From NCBI RefSeq assembly GCF_009914755.1, contig NC_060945.1: DNA of 64,000 nucleotides; one strand, 5' to 3'. The first letter of the stretch is position 1. Every line of letters begins with the position of its first letter. This document shows positions 1 to 13,770 of this stretch, one piece after another. The notes beneath the pieces were generated by a model that saw only the letters and a list, made by a program, of their open reading frames with translations, was not told the origin of the DNA and made no database searches. This DNA is from the human T2T-CHM13v2.0 reference genome, Homo sapiens. A program made the position numbers and the translations under genes.

Positions 1-1980
1 TAAATACCTGAATCACAAGGGTATTTTGGCATCTAATTTAATCAAGCTCTTTGTATCATCATCTACACGTTAATTACTTAACAAACATTTCTCTGTGTGA
101 GAAAGTTTGAGCAGGTTATTGTGCTTTGTTAATATGCAACTTTTGCTTAATCTAGAGATAGGCAACGCTCCCTGTAAGGGACAAAGAGAAAAATGAATGA
201 GCAATAGAGATGTGACAGGCATGGAAAAAGACAATACATTTATAAAACAAATAGGGCCACAGATGACGATAATGGGGATAAATCTTGAGATACTGACTCA
301 GTTTACAACCGCACTGTATAATAGAGCAAATCATTTGTTAATTTTTTTACAAATGGAATTTAATTTAATTAAGATGAATAAAGTATTTTAAACAAGGCTT
401 GTCATCTTAAAATAAAATAGTGGAATAAAGTGATAAAACCAATGTAAAAATCATAAACATTGTATAAAGAATTTTTTCAGGTAATTTAATATTTTTGTTT
501 ATTTAAAATCACCCTAATCAAAATAATATTATCTTAATTAACAAGTAATCATCAGAAGTTTAACTAATTTTTACTTTATAATACTAGGTTTAAAAATTCT
601 TAACTATATTTTTAAGCATATATGCTTATATATAAAATAGACACAGGATATATATTTACATGTTCACAATATTATATTGTAATTGTTCCTATGCATGCGG
701 GTTTTCAATAGAATTAATAAGTACTTTTAAAAGGTTCCAATTTCAATGATATATATGCTTGATTTTTCTTTGACAAAGCATACATATATTGATAGGTAAT
801 AATATGAAAATCTTCTAAAGACATTACAGGAACATGAAAATGTAATTAAATACTCAATAATTTGTAATGTTTTATGTAAGCAGAACACATTTAACTGAAA
901 ATCGCTTTTATGTAATACTCAAACGAGACTAAAAACATTTTAACTAGCGGAGTAAGTCTTCAAATTGATAATCTGAACTACATAAGAGTAGAAACTTCAG
1001 GCACTCAAATATTTGAAATGCTACAAAATACTTATATAAACTAATATTTAAAAATTTCTGTTTGTAGAGTGCTACACAGTAATCAATATAAATGACATCT
1101 CAAGTCTTTCTATAGCTTTGACCACATTTACCTCCTAATTTTAATTATTAATATGTTGGAGCAGTACATACAACAAGACTCCGATCTTCCTTTTTAATGA
1201 GTAAAAATATATCCTTTGAGACAGCATTAAAGAAAGAGCACCTTGTATAAATTCAATTCAAAGAGACAAGATATTCTTGACTCTGAAGTCTTGTTCGTTG
1301 ATACAGCAATGTAATTAATAATAAGAAGAAAAGCAGGACATAGATGTGGAGACTATTTTAATCAAAAATTGTCTATAGATTTTGATGATAAAATTTAAAA
1401 ATCTACTGTATTTAGTTAGTTACAAAAAACTAGGTTATAGGAACATATTTGGTCAATAAAACACCCCTACCAAATGCTGACAAGAAAAAAAGTTAGGTAT
1501 CACCTTTCTTCTCTGCAGATGGCCTGAGATGGGTTAATTTAAAGGAATGCTTCCAAACCTGAGGTGACCCCTGAGAACAGCATAATCCACTGCTGTCTCC
1601 TACATTCAGTTTCTCAGTCTGTGATCTTTTAATTTTGTGGGGAGGGAAGCCAGTCCTTTAAAGCGATCTTCAGCATGATGGCAGAGCCAAGGAGTGTGGA
1701 CAGGTGGCACGGTGTCTGACTTTGTTCCAGCAGCCACTTGGGCTTTCTCTGGGTCTTCTGTGACCTAGGGATAGCACCACTATTGAAAACATGTCTTTGT
1801 GACATTCTCTATGCCAGGAACTCCCAACACATTTTCCTTGAAACTGATGAAATGAATAAAAATAAACCAAGAGGTGTGCTGTTTGTTTCTGTTTCCTCCT
1901 TTCTGCAGCCCTTCTTGATCATCTAATATTTTTAAATACATTGTCGATCACCAAAAGGAGCATAAGGGCTTTATTGATTT

Positions 1981-2376
1981 GTAGTAGATGTATTAATAGT
2001 CCAGCCGCTATTCCTTGCCTGTAGCTGCCGGGAAGAAAACCATTCTTAACACTCTACAAGGTCTCATCTCCAGAATTTGCACCTGTTTCTAGCTGAGGAC
2101 TTTCTCTAGCAGCACGGGAGCTTGTGACTGGGCATGAAGTGGGAAGAAAAGTGAGGGTAACTAAGAAGAATCTCCCTGGATTCAGTGATGTAATTCTGAG
2201 GCATGTTCCACATAGCTTCCCAGAGAATTAAGCCCAGATATCTAACACAGGAACTTGCCTCTTAACACGTGTGGTATTGGCTTTTCTATCTTTCCTGTTT
2301 TAGTTTGTTCCCTCTTCCTTGTCTCACTTTCACCGTGTCCTCACTCCTGCTTTAAGAATACCCAAACAAATAAATT
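1981..2376 (+). mobile_element. Degraded ERVL LTR, LTR16-like
   Basis: Contains 'taattctgaggcatgttccacatagcttcccagagaattaagcccag...ggtattggcttt...cttccttgtctcactttc...cccaaacaaataaa', which resembles the 3' half of LTR16-family consensus (from memory). Boundaries approximate. Confidence 0.5.
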
Positions 2377-5300
2377 CATTTATTTTTTTAGACTCTCAGA
2401 ACACAGTTGATAGTTGAACTTGTAATCTATGATAATCAGCTTGGATGCTATACTGACAGGAAGATGGTGAACTCACCATGTCTAATTAAGATAAAATATA
2501 AAAATATATTGATTCATGTCCAAAGATTTAAAAAATCTAAGCGGCAGTGTCACAATTTCTTCTTTTTAGTTTACATAGTTTCTTAAACGCCTACAATTAT
2601 TTTAAAGGAAGACTTGAGTCTAGGAAAAATTGAGACATATGGAATAAATTACTAACACATTTCTCCTTGAAATCCATTAGATGCTTGATGATTTTTCACA
2701 TATATTTCTGAATTGAAAAGCTAGCTGTGAATTACTTTTATCAGCATATCCTTATGTAATATTTTGTTTTTAACAGTGAATTGAAGCTTTAAAGGTTAAA
2801 TTATTCCATCCAGAGAATAAAAAGCAATTATTTCACAAGGAGAACTTGTGTATGTTGACACGACATTTTAAAATCTAGATTTTAAAACAGGTCCTATATA
2901 CTTTTGAGTCAATTAGAATATGTTTGTATCAGTCTGTCTACAGTTTTACACCTGTCAAAACGTACTTGAACTACAACAAGTACCTTGAAAAATTTTGAAA
3001 TTTATTATTCCTCTGAAACTGATTAAAAGAATTATGGTAGAGTGAAATTCTGATTGACATAATTTGGGAGAGAAATTATTCCTTGGAGATCAACCTCTGC
3101 CAAGATAGTTTATAACGACATTGAGACTTTTTGATTTACAAAATTTGTTATATAAAAAATACTAAGAAGATGACAGATAATACACAGACTTTAATTAAAA
3201 TTGTACTAAAATTAAATGTCTAAATAAATTAGAAGGGTACGTGGTATATCTAACTGTATGTTTACATATCTTAATTGTGCATTTTATTCCTAGGGTTGCT
3301 TTTTCTTTAGTTTGTAAAACGTTCTTATTTTTATGATAATGTAGTATATACTAAATAAAGAAAAATCAGGAAGTAGAAAATGAAGAAGAAAACATTAACT
3401 ATTGTCAACCAAATAAAAATTGTGCAATCTCTAAGTACATGAACTATGTATTATTTGTACAGCATGTACAATGTTTATGCTTCACAGGGTGAGGTAGAGA
3501 CTGCAAAACATTGAACCTGGGACAAATAAGAAAGTAAGGAAATTTTCTCAACATATTAATATTATAGAAAATGTTTAACATAACAGTTAAGATACAAGTA
3601 ATGAAAAGTGACAGTATTTAAGGAGATCTAGAGAATTTATATCTGTAATGTGTGAGAAGTATTAGAATAATGCTTGTATTTCTGGATTGGCATCGATTTC
3701 TATTGAGACTGGAAACATAATAGAAGTGAGGGAAAAAGAATTTAAATTGTGGATACTTGAGTTTTATACCTAGGAGTTCGAGAAATACATCTTGTGACTA
3801 TCAAAGCAGTTGGCACAAGAGTGTACAAAATTCCCTAATTGTGTCTATGTGGAGAAGACATAGACAAACAGAGAATAGCAAAACAGAAATAGCAAAAAAG
3901 CACAAATAAATTTTACCTGTATTTTTACGTAAAAGCCAATTAGAGTAGGAAAACATGAAATTTGTGTTTTATCAAAATTTTTCCCTTTCTCATAATATAG
4001 TTGATTATATTACTGGAAAAAAATTGAAGCATTGGTATGTTCACAAAAAAAAGTAAAATATAAGGGCAAAACCATGGGAATGCAGGAAGCAGACAAAATA
4101 TACCTAAACACTGAAACTGATTTTGCCCTACGGACATGTACCAAAATGAATGAGTACAGATTCCTACTGTCATACATCACATAAGACAGTAAAGAAATAC
4201 ATAGTTTTTCCCAAGATAGGGCATCACACAGGAGCTCTTCCCTAAAGCTAGGACCAAAATTTCTATCCTCAGTATAAAGAAGAATCAGAGGTATATTAGT
4301 CCCATTTCACATTCCCTGGAAACGGCAAATAAAAATGACTTGAGATTGGACAGATTTAAAGAAACTCAATCATTAATGATTTACAGCAATTAATTTAAAA
4401 ATTGTTTAAATGTGCAGTCCAAACATACGTCCAGACACCTTTAGGACAAGAATTAACATAATGTGGTCCTAGAATGGTGGTGCCCTTAGAAGACTCACAA
4501 AAAATTCAAATTCTCTTTGGTAAATTTTCTTCCTACTAATCCTCAAAAGTGCACAAAAATAATTTTCAGAGAAAAATAAATATTTGTCATTCAAAGGCAT
4601 CTAAGTACGCAAGAAAATGATATTCCACCATTTGAAAAGGAAGTAGAAAAAGAGTACAAACAGATCCACAACGGTTCATTACTAGAAATATCATTGTTAG
4701 ATTATAAAGCACATTTGCTGTAGAAAAATTTAAAATAAAATGAATATATTTTTAGGAGACTAAAAAATTGATGCAGTAAATTTTAAAAGCAGTTTGTATA
4801 AAAATATAGTATTTTAAATTAAAAACTCAAAAATGAACTCATCAGATTAGAGATGGCCATGGTGAGAGTTCATAAATATTTCAGAATGTATTACAGAAAA
4901 TTTAAAAAAATGCAAAATGTGGACAGAATCATGAAGAGACATGGAAGATACAGTGAGAAAGTGTAGCATGTGTTTAGTGAGTGTTCTCATAGAATAAGGC
5001 AACTGGGAAGGGACAATATGTGATGGTATTTTGGCTGAAAGTTCTCTAGACTTTTGTAAGACATTAATCCGCATGTTCAAAAATTCCATGCATCCTAAGC
5101 AAGCTACAATGGAGATAAACCTACACCTACGTATCTCCTAGAGAAATAGTAAACCATCAGGAAGGGAAAAATATTTAAATTAGCACTAGAAAAATCAAAT
5201 TACCTTTAATCATATTGAAATCTGAAAGAATGAAAGGTAAAATAAATAATATTATTTGTTAAGAATAATAATGCCATTCTGAAATTCTCAACCGAAAAAA

Positions 5301-5628
5301 ATATTCATCAACCTATGGCTAAATAACTTATTTAGAGACAAGAAACAAAACGCCACCAGCAGAATTCCACTAAAGAAACTAAAGAGAAACCCTGAAAACA
5401 TGCTTCAGAAAGGTTGAAGTTCTGAAATCAAAGAATGAACACAGAGCAAAATATATTGTAAACATACAGATAGATCTAAATAAAAAATTAGGTGTTGAAA
5501 CAAAAAGATATTTAAAATTAGATAGGCACGGAAATAAGTATGTTAGGAAGCAACTTATTAGGGCTGAAGTATTCAAAGACCCCTTAATTGTCTGACAAGA
5601 GCAGAAAGGTGAGTATGACTTTGCAACT

Positions 5629-5931
<303 letters not shown>

Positions 5932-7106
5932 GACTTTGGAACTGTAATAAATTCACTGGACATTATGCATTTCTCTGTTGTATCTATGAAAACAATAAAA
6001 ATAAAAGTCATAATTTAAAAACAAGAAGACAGACCCTGATAGGAAAAAATGAGGCATTTTATATATATATATATAACAAATTAATAAAACAAATTTAGTA
6101 TAAATGATCAAAGATTAACTTAAACCTAAGTAGACAATGTTTTTGTTAAAATACAAAGATTGGCAAAATTAAAAAATTCCGTCTCTATCATAGTTACGAG
6201 AGGCAACTAATATATAAATTTTCAGAAGCTTTGAAGTTCAAACAATACAGATAGTGTGTGTATATATGATATACATGCAAACACACTACATGAATATAAT
6301 TTTTTAAAAAGTTGCTATGTAGACAAAATAGAATGTAAGTTAGAAACATTTATTAAAATAAGTTAGTCTAACCAGTGTAATAAAAGTTTTAAGTTATTAA
6401 GAAGATGTGATGACTTAAATGTGCATTAGCCTGATACATATATACATATATACACACACACCACACACTCTCTCTCACACGCACACACACAAACACGTAT
6501 TTAGAGAGTCAAATTATATAAAGCAAAAATATCAGCAAGTAAGTAGAAATGGATAAGCCCCCAAATTATTATAGACATTTCAAACACACATCCTTCAGTA
6601 ATAAAGAAGAAATTAAAAGAGTAAGTTTTAAAAGAAGCTACTAGATTTTAAAAAGGGCAAATGTTATATAAGGAACATGAATATTATAATTCATGTCATT
6701 TTCGTGTTCATACCGAATACTTACAAAAATTAACATTTTCTAGACCATACCACAAATTCAAACAATTTTCACGGAAATAACGTGACACAATATATTTCCT
6801 AAACAAACAGCAATGAAGGTAAATATCAGTACAATAAAGAAAGCTAGAAACATAAGTCTAATAATATTGGTTGGAAGCTATTTTAATGACTATTTAAATA
6901 TTTTAAAGGTGAATAGTCAATGAACCAAACACTTTTGTAAGGCCACTAAGATGCATGTGTAATGTGTAATGCCTCCTTTTATAAGGAGTCAATCTGTAAC
7001 ATCACCTGGGCTATTTGACAGCTTCAAAGTGAACGTGAGAAGGAGAGAAACAGTGAGAGAGATATATATAAAACCAGTAAAATAAACATAAAGAATGAAG
7101 GAAATA

Positions 7107-7453
<347 letters not shown>

Positions 7454-9591
7454 TTAAAAATGCAAAAGCTCACTTTTTCAGAAACATATTAAAATATTAA
7501 ATCTAAGAAATATATAGGTAGACTGATGAAGAAAAATACAGAAAATACACAAAAAGAATTACCTGGAATGCAAAGGATACAAAATGTGAGCAGTTGTAGA
7601 TTTTATATAAGCAATGACTTTGAGTTCAACCATGATGGGGTATATTGAAAAGAATCTCTCAGAAAAAAAGGAAAAGAAAACTGTTATAAAGCTATGTACA
7701 AAATGTTAAGCACTATTGAAATCTTCCAAATCTACCAGTTATGGAGTTATTGGTCTTGGACTAACTCTCCTGAAAAGAAAATAAAAAAACAAAACAAAAT
7801 ATAAAAACCTAAAAACCTGGATAAAATAGCCTACCGTGGGCACTGGCAATGCAACCAAGCAGGTAGGACCTGGGTGCTACATTCTCTTTGTCATAACACG
7901 AAGCATTCATACACTCTTCTCACCCTCACTCTCACCTTTTAATCTTAGATCTATTATTAAATGTATTCAACATTACTATCAATCCTTTGGTCAAAATTTA
8001 TTTACTCACATTGTGCTTGATGCACTTGGATAGACTGTTCAAGAAAGTGTGAGTAATGAATTCCTCAAACTCTTGCATATTTAAAATTACATTTTTGAGC
8101 CTTGATGCTTGAAGTGTAGCTTGGGTAACGAGTGGGCTTTAAGCCAATTTTGGCATGCAAGGAGTTGAGTTTATTAGGCATCAGCACCGCTGAAAATCGT
8201 GGGGATGCAGGCTTAATTTCAACACTCTTCTAAATACTTGAAAGATATATAATTCTGTAATAAACTCCTGTGTCTACAAATGGTTCACATTAACTCAATA
8301 TCTATGATTAAACATTTATAAAATCAAGGCACTGTTATTTAGTGGAGACTTGCTGGCTATTCTATGAGAGGAGGTATTGTTATTGTAATCTCATCCTCTC
8401 ATAAATGTGTATCATATTACTCATAACCAGCCCTTCATATTCGATTCCTATTTTGGTATTTTAAAATAAGATATCTTTGAAACACTTGAATTCAAAGAGG
8501 GAATCTGAATAGTTTTTAAAAGGTCAATGAAATGCCGTTTCTTCATGCTTGAACAAATAAAAATGGACTAAAGTGCTTCTCTTCAAACTTTCTGGAACAT
8601 TTTTTATCTAAATTCTAAGAACAATCGCAATAGGTTTTAACCACAAATGTGAGAATATTCTAAATGTTAGGGTGGAAAAAAATTTAAAATTATTTTATAG
8701 TAATTTTTTTCATCATAGTGACAGTGTGCTAAATTTTTTTAAGTCAAATATTACTTTAGACATTTAAGTCAAGATTCTAAGAAGCTGTTTTAAAGTCCAA
8801 AATTTAATTTCATATACAATGATATTATATATATATTTGCATATAAAATTAATATATGTAAGCCATGTTTCAAGTAGTTGAGATATTATTATATCAAAGA
8901 TTCTTGATTATATAAAATGCCAATTACTTATAGGCACACATGCTTTAAATAATTACAAAGGCAGTTGTGGTTGATTCTACTATTGCTATTGGCATTTGTG
9001 TGGACATAATATTATGGTCTGAAGAATAGGCAAATTTATCACTCATATGAGCAGAAGAACAATGCAAGATAGTTTATATCTGAAAGGAAAAAAAATCTTT
9101 ATATGGTTCTGAAAGCATAAATCATTAACAACTTGGATAATAATTAGCATAAAAATACACAAACATGCCCTCTTCCTAGCAGTAAGTACACAGTGACAAC
9201 AGAATCAAAGCATGTGGCTCCTCTTCTCTGCCCTTTCTAGATGGCACAATTCCTCATGAATCTAAGCGCAGTCATAGGATGGATTAGGGTGACCTGCCAT
9301 TTGTATGCAACTGATCTCTATTTTGAAAGTAATTAAAGTAAAAATATATTTTTAAAAGATAATTTCAATTTTCAGTGCAAACTAGCATGGTGTCACCCCT
9401 TTTCTTTGTAACATTTTTTCTAAGGTTGGAAAAGTATGGTAGGCTTTAGTACGATTTTTAATAATAAGTTTTCAAAGTGAGACACAAAATGGTGGTGCCA
9501 ACACATTTCAAGTCTGCTACATTTTGAATACACTTATTGGAGAAAAGACCTTCTCATCATTTTTCTCTTATAGGAAAGGAAATAACATGTA

Positions 9592-9966
9592 CAGTTGACC
9601 CTTAAGCAACACGGAGGCTGGGGTGCTGGCCCCCCTTCACAGTAGAAAATCCACTATAAATTTGACTTCCCCAAAACTTAACTACTAATAGCCTACTGTA
9701 AGCCTTACAAATAACACAAGCAGTCAATTAACACATATTTAATATGTTATATGTCTTATATACTGTATTCTTAACAAACATGCCAGAGAAAAGAAAAAGA
9801 AAATCATAAGGAAAATATATTTACTAGTTATTAAATGGAAGTAAATGATCAAACAGATCTTCATCCTCATCCTTTTCATGGGCAGGGTGTGGAGAAGGAT
9901 ATAGAATTGTTGGTTTTGCTAAGTGGACCTGCACAGTTCAAACCACTGTGGTGCAAAGGCCAACTG
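9592..9966 (-). mobile_element. Tigger2-family (Tigger2a/b-like) non-autonomous TcMar DNA transposon
   Basis: TIRs 'cagttgacccttaagcaacac' and 'gtggtgcaaaggccaactg', with TA target duplication on both sides (9590-9591, 9967-9968). The reverse complement of the right end matches the recalled Tigger2 5' end (CAGTTG..GGTTTGAACTG..GGTCCACTT). Confidence 0.85.
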
Positions 9967-10059
9967 TATAGCCATTGAATAGCAATTTATTTTTAGAAAT
10001 TAACCTCACTAAAATACTCTTAGAAGGATGCCAAGAAAAAAATGAATAAGTATGTTTGG

Positions 10060-11167
10060 TTCATCTATTTCATCATTTCATTTCATTTCATCATTTCATT
10101 TCCTCATTTCATCATTTCATTTCATTTCATCCTTTCATTTCATCATTTCATCTAATCATTTCACCTCATCATTTCATTTCATCATTTCATCTCAACATTT
10201 CATTTCATTTCATCATTTCACTTCATCTCATCATTTCATTATTTCATCTCATCATTTCATTTCATCTCATCATTTCATTTCACCTTTTCATCTCGTCATT
10301 TCATTTCATTTCATCTTTTCATCTCATTTCAATTCATTATTTCATTTCATCAATTCATCATTTCATTTCATTTATTTCATCATTTCATCGTTTAGTTTCA
10401 TCATTTCATCATTTCATCATTTGACTTCATTTCATCATTTCTTTTCATCATTTCATATCATTTCATCATTTCATCTTTTCATTTCATTTCATCATTTCAC
10501 TTCATCATTTCATCATTTGATTTCCTCATTTCCTCATTTCATTTCATCATTTCATTTCATTTCATCCTTTAATCATTTCATCTCATCATTTCATCCTTTC
10601 TTTTCATCATTTCATCTCATCAATGCGTTTTATCATTTCCTTATTTCATTTCATTTCATCATTTCACATCATCTCATCATTTCATCATTTCATCTCATGA
10701 TTTCATTTCATCACATCATTTCATTTCATCTCATTTCATTTCATCTTTTCATCTCGTTTCATTTCATATCATCAATTCATCATTTCATCATTTCATTTCA
10801 TTATTTCATCATATAATCATTTAACTTCATTTCATCATTTCATTTCATCATTTCATATCATTTCATTTCATCATTTGATCTTTTCATTTCATCATTTAAT
10901 TTCATTTCATCATTTCACTTCATCATTTCATTTCTTCATTTCATTTCATTTCCTCATTTCATTTCACCATTGCATTTCATCATTTCCTCATTTCATTTCA
11001 TCATTCCATTTCATCTTTTCATTTCATCACTTCATCATTTCATTTCATCTCATCATTTCATCCTTTCACTTCATTATTTCATTTCATCATTTCATCTCAT
11101 CATTTCATTTCATCATTTCATTTCATTCCATCATTTCATTTCATTTCATCATTTCATTTCATTTCAG
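10060..11167. repeat. Degenerate (CATTT)n/(CATTTCAT)n simple satellite, ~1.1 kb
   Basis: Directly visible 5/8-bp mixed units (catttcat, catttcatttc, catctcat). This block produces the F/H/I/S-rich ORFs at 10052-11183. Confidence 0.95.
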
Positions 11168-11870
11168 TGATTCATGTATTTAAGTGCTAATTTGATGCCC
11201 AGGAGACACCCTATTTCCCTTTGTAAAACACCTCCTTCAACAAAAGGCAACTTTTCATGGCTGGCTAAGTCTACAGGGATACCAGGCTCTCTTCAACCAC
11301 CCAGTTTGATTTGGAACCTCAAACAGCACCTCAGTTTCATAAAAACCTAAAACATAAACACAACACTTGGTTGTAAGTGAGACAACAGTTTCTTGTCTCT
11401 TTCTCTGCTCAAGGCTTAAGGCCATGTCTCCCCAACTACGTTCAGTGGAAGAAAAGATCCCCTGGACAAATAAGTTTGAGAACTGTTGTTGCAGGACTTC
11501 TCAGAACCTTTAAAACACAAATCCTCATCCGCAGGGATCTTCAGGAGGGAGATGGCTAATGCAGCACAATTTTCTTTCACAGGATCATCCTGCAGAATAC
11601 AGTATGGGATACAGAAAGGCTGCATTGAGTGTTTTTAAGGGCCAGGGCCTTGGTGGGGGTGGGGTAGGAGCTCTCCAGATAGCATCTAATGAGTAGGAAC
11701 ATTCAGGTGGCTTTTTTTTTCCTTATTGGCAAAACTGTGTGTGAACCATGAATGAAGCTGGTCTCCCTTATCCATATCAAAACTAAACCCGAATTAATTG
11801 GCTAAATTGGGACACAACACCTCCAGGAGCCACGCGGAGGAAAGCGCCACCACACTTTAAAGTAGCTTAC

Positions 11871-11938
11871 CTCATCATATTTGAGGAAAGCAAAACGCTT
11901 ATGACCAGTATGCTGCTAATACAAGTCTACAGATAATG
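11871..11938 (-). other. Putative 68-nt internal exon of a spliced non-coding or pseudogene transcript
   Basis: On the minus strand, acceptor 'aatttttcctacag|CATTATC' and donor 'GATGAG|gtaagct' are both near consensus. No expression evidence is available. Confidence 0.5.
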
Positions 11939-12033
11939 CTGTAGGAAAAATTATTTTTCCCAATCATAGCTGGCATAGTCCACATTTTGCATTACACTTT
12001 CCCCCCCTTTTTTAAATTTTAAACACAGGTCTT

Positions 12034-12185
12034 TCTCTCTTCTTTTTTTAAATTTTAATTTAATTATACAAGACGGAGTCTCAGTATCTTGCCCAGGCTG
12101 GTCTTGAACTCCTGATCTCAAGTGATACATCCATCTCTGCCTCCCAAAGTGCTGAGATTACAGGCCTGAGACACTGTGCCTGGTC
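12034..12185 (-). mobile_element. Free left Alu monomer (FLAM_C-like)
   Basis: 'agacggagtctcagtatcttgcccaggctggtcttgaactcctgatctcaagtgat...ctgtgcctggtc', a single arm. Degenerate TSD ttaaacacaggtctt (12019-12033) / ttaaatacaaatctt (12186-12200). Confidence 0.85.
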
Positions 12186-12549
12186 TTAAATACAAATCTT
12201 ACTTCATTCCTACAATTATCCTGAGGTTAGAAAAATGGAAGGGGAAGAAAAATGGCAAGCAGGTAGGCTGACTTCGGCTTCATTACTTGGAAGGACAGTT
12301 TGCTCGGTTAAAACACACTACTGCCCACAAAGGCCAAGACAACAGAAAAATACAGGCATATAAATAGATTTTATATGTGACAGCAGTTTGAATGGAGACT
12401 TTTTCAATGCAAACGACAAACAGCTGTGCTTGGGAATGAATGACAATGATTTTTTTTATCTCAACAGCTGTCCTGAGAGCATGTCTCTACATCTCTACCT
12501 GCATTCTGGAATCAGGGAGAAAGTCAAAACGGACAACAAGACACTAGAT

Positions 12550-12745
12550 CAGCCGTGTCCAACCCTTTGACTACAAGGACTTTTCCGCCTATCTGTGGTG
12601 GTGGGTATCATGAAAATTATGCACAAACCTTTTTCTTTTTTTTTAAGCTCATCCGCTGTTGTTAGCATTAGTGTATTTTATGTGTGGCCCAGGAACATTC
12701 TTCTTCCAATGTGGCCCTGAGAAGCAGAAAGACTGGACACCTGTG
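12550..12745. mobile_element. MER30-like hAT-Charlie DNA transposon
   Basis: TIRs 'cagccgtgtccaacc' and 'agactggacacctgtg'; internal 'tagtgtattttatgtgtggccc...ttcttcttccaatgtggccc'. Perfect 8-bp TSD CACTAGAT at 12542-12549 and 12746-12753, typical of hAT elements. Confidence 0.9.
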
Positions 12746-12866
12746 CACTAGATCAAAAGTCTACTCCTTCTGGAAGCAATTGTAAAGAATTTCTGACATT
12801 ATCTTGACATGAAAACCAATGGATAGTGGGAAAGAATGCAAAATCTTCAAGAATTTTTCTTGTTGG

Positions 12867-13137
12867 TTTTTTTTTTTTTTTTTTTTTTTTGAGTCAAGGT
12901 ATTGCTCTGTGGTCCAGGCTGGAGTACACTGGTGAAATCACAGTTCAGTGCAGGCTCGAGTGCTCCTCCTGCCTCAGACACAGTAGCAGCTGGGATTACA
13001 GATGCACGCAACCACCCCTGGCTAATATTTTATTTTTTGTAGAGACGGGGTCTCACTATATTGTCCAGGTTCGTCTCAAACAACTTGACTCAAAGGATCC
13101 AGGACAGGATAACAGGTGTGAGCCACCACACCTGGCC
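12867..13137 (-). mobile_element. Degenerate AluJ with internal deletions
   Basis: T24 tail, then 'gagtcaaggtattgctctgtggtccaggctggagtac', J-type 'tttttgtagagacggggtctcactatattgtccagg', ending 'agccaccacacctggcc'. Confidence 0.85.
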
Positions 13138-13531
13138 ATGTGCATGAACTTTTAAGACAAACACAAGACCCCACAAAAGTTAAGGTTTTCCCACCTAATT
13201 TTCAGGAGATCTTTTGGTGCAAGCATAAGAAGCCCTTAAAAGTACACAGACAACTCCAAAGATTCAAGACAGTTCATTCGGGCTGAGCCAGCCCACTGGG
13301 CAGACTGACCTTCAAGAAAGACCCACCCATGACATACACCAGATGGCTCTCCAAGAATCTCTCCAGGCCTCAGGGTCCCTAAAGTACTGGACAGAGCTAG
13401 GAAAGCAAACCCATTTGCTTCTTCCTGCAGGAAACCCCTTGAGGTCAAGACCCCACAATCAGACGAGGATGGAGTGGCTCACCCTCAGTTACTGGCAAGT
13501 CAGTTCTCCCTCAGGCCTTCGGTTTCCTCAC

Positions 13532-13770
13532 CTACAAGATGAAAGGGCTGGACCCGGTGGCATCACCCCCGCCACCACCCTCCTTCTTTTCTCCCATCGC
13601 TGCCGCGCGCAAGGCCGCTCTATGCAAGCCTCAGTGGCCCAGGCAGGGGGCTCAGGCGCCTAGGCAAGGAACGCCTGCGCCTGGAGAGCTGGACCAGGAG
13701 ATCCCCTCGGCGGTGACCCTGCCAGGACGCCCGTAGAGCTGGGAGCCGAGTCTGCCGCTCCCGCCCTCAG
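13532..13770. promoter_or_regulatory. CpG-island-like GC-rich segment (possible promoter or first exon of a minus-strand transcript)
   Basis: Dense CpGs ('cgctgccgcgcgcaaggccgc', 'ctcggcggtg', 'gccgctcccgccc' GC box) against an AT-rich background. Minus-strand donor 'cttgtag|gtgagg' at 13532/13531. Confidence 0.55.

Noticed and set aside
10052-11183. 254-aa His/Phe/Ile/Ser-rich ORF and neighbours
   Set aside because: Translation of (CATTT)n.
11416-11625. 69-aa minus-strand ORF (MQPFCIPY...) as a protein-coding exon
   Set aside because: No recognisable homology. Its ATG lies upstream of the putative acceptor at 11589, so it is kept only as part of the lncRNA hypothesis.
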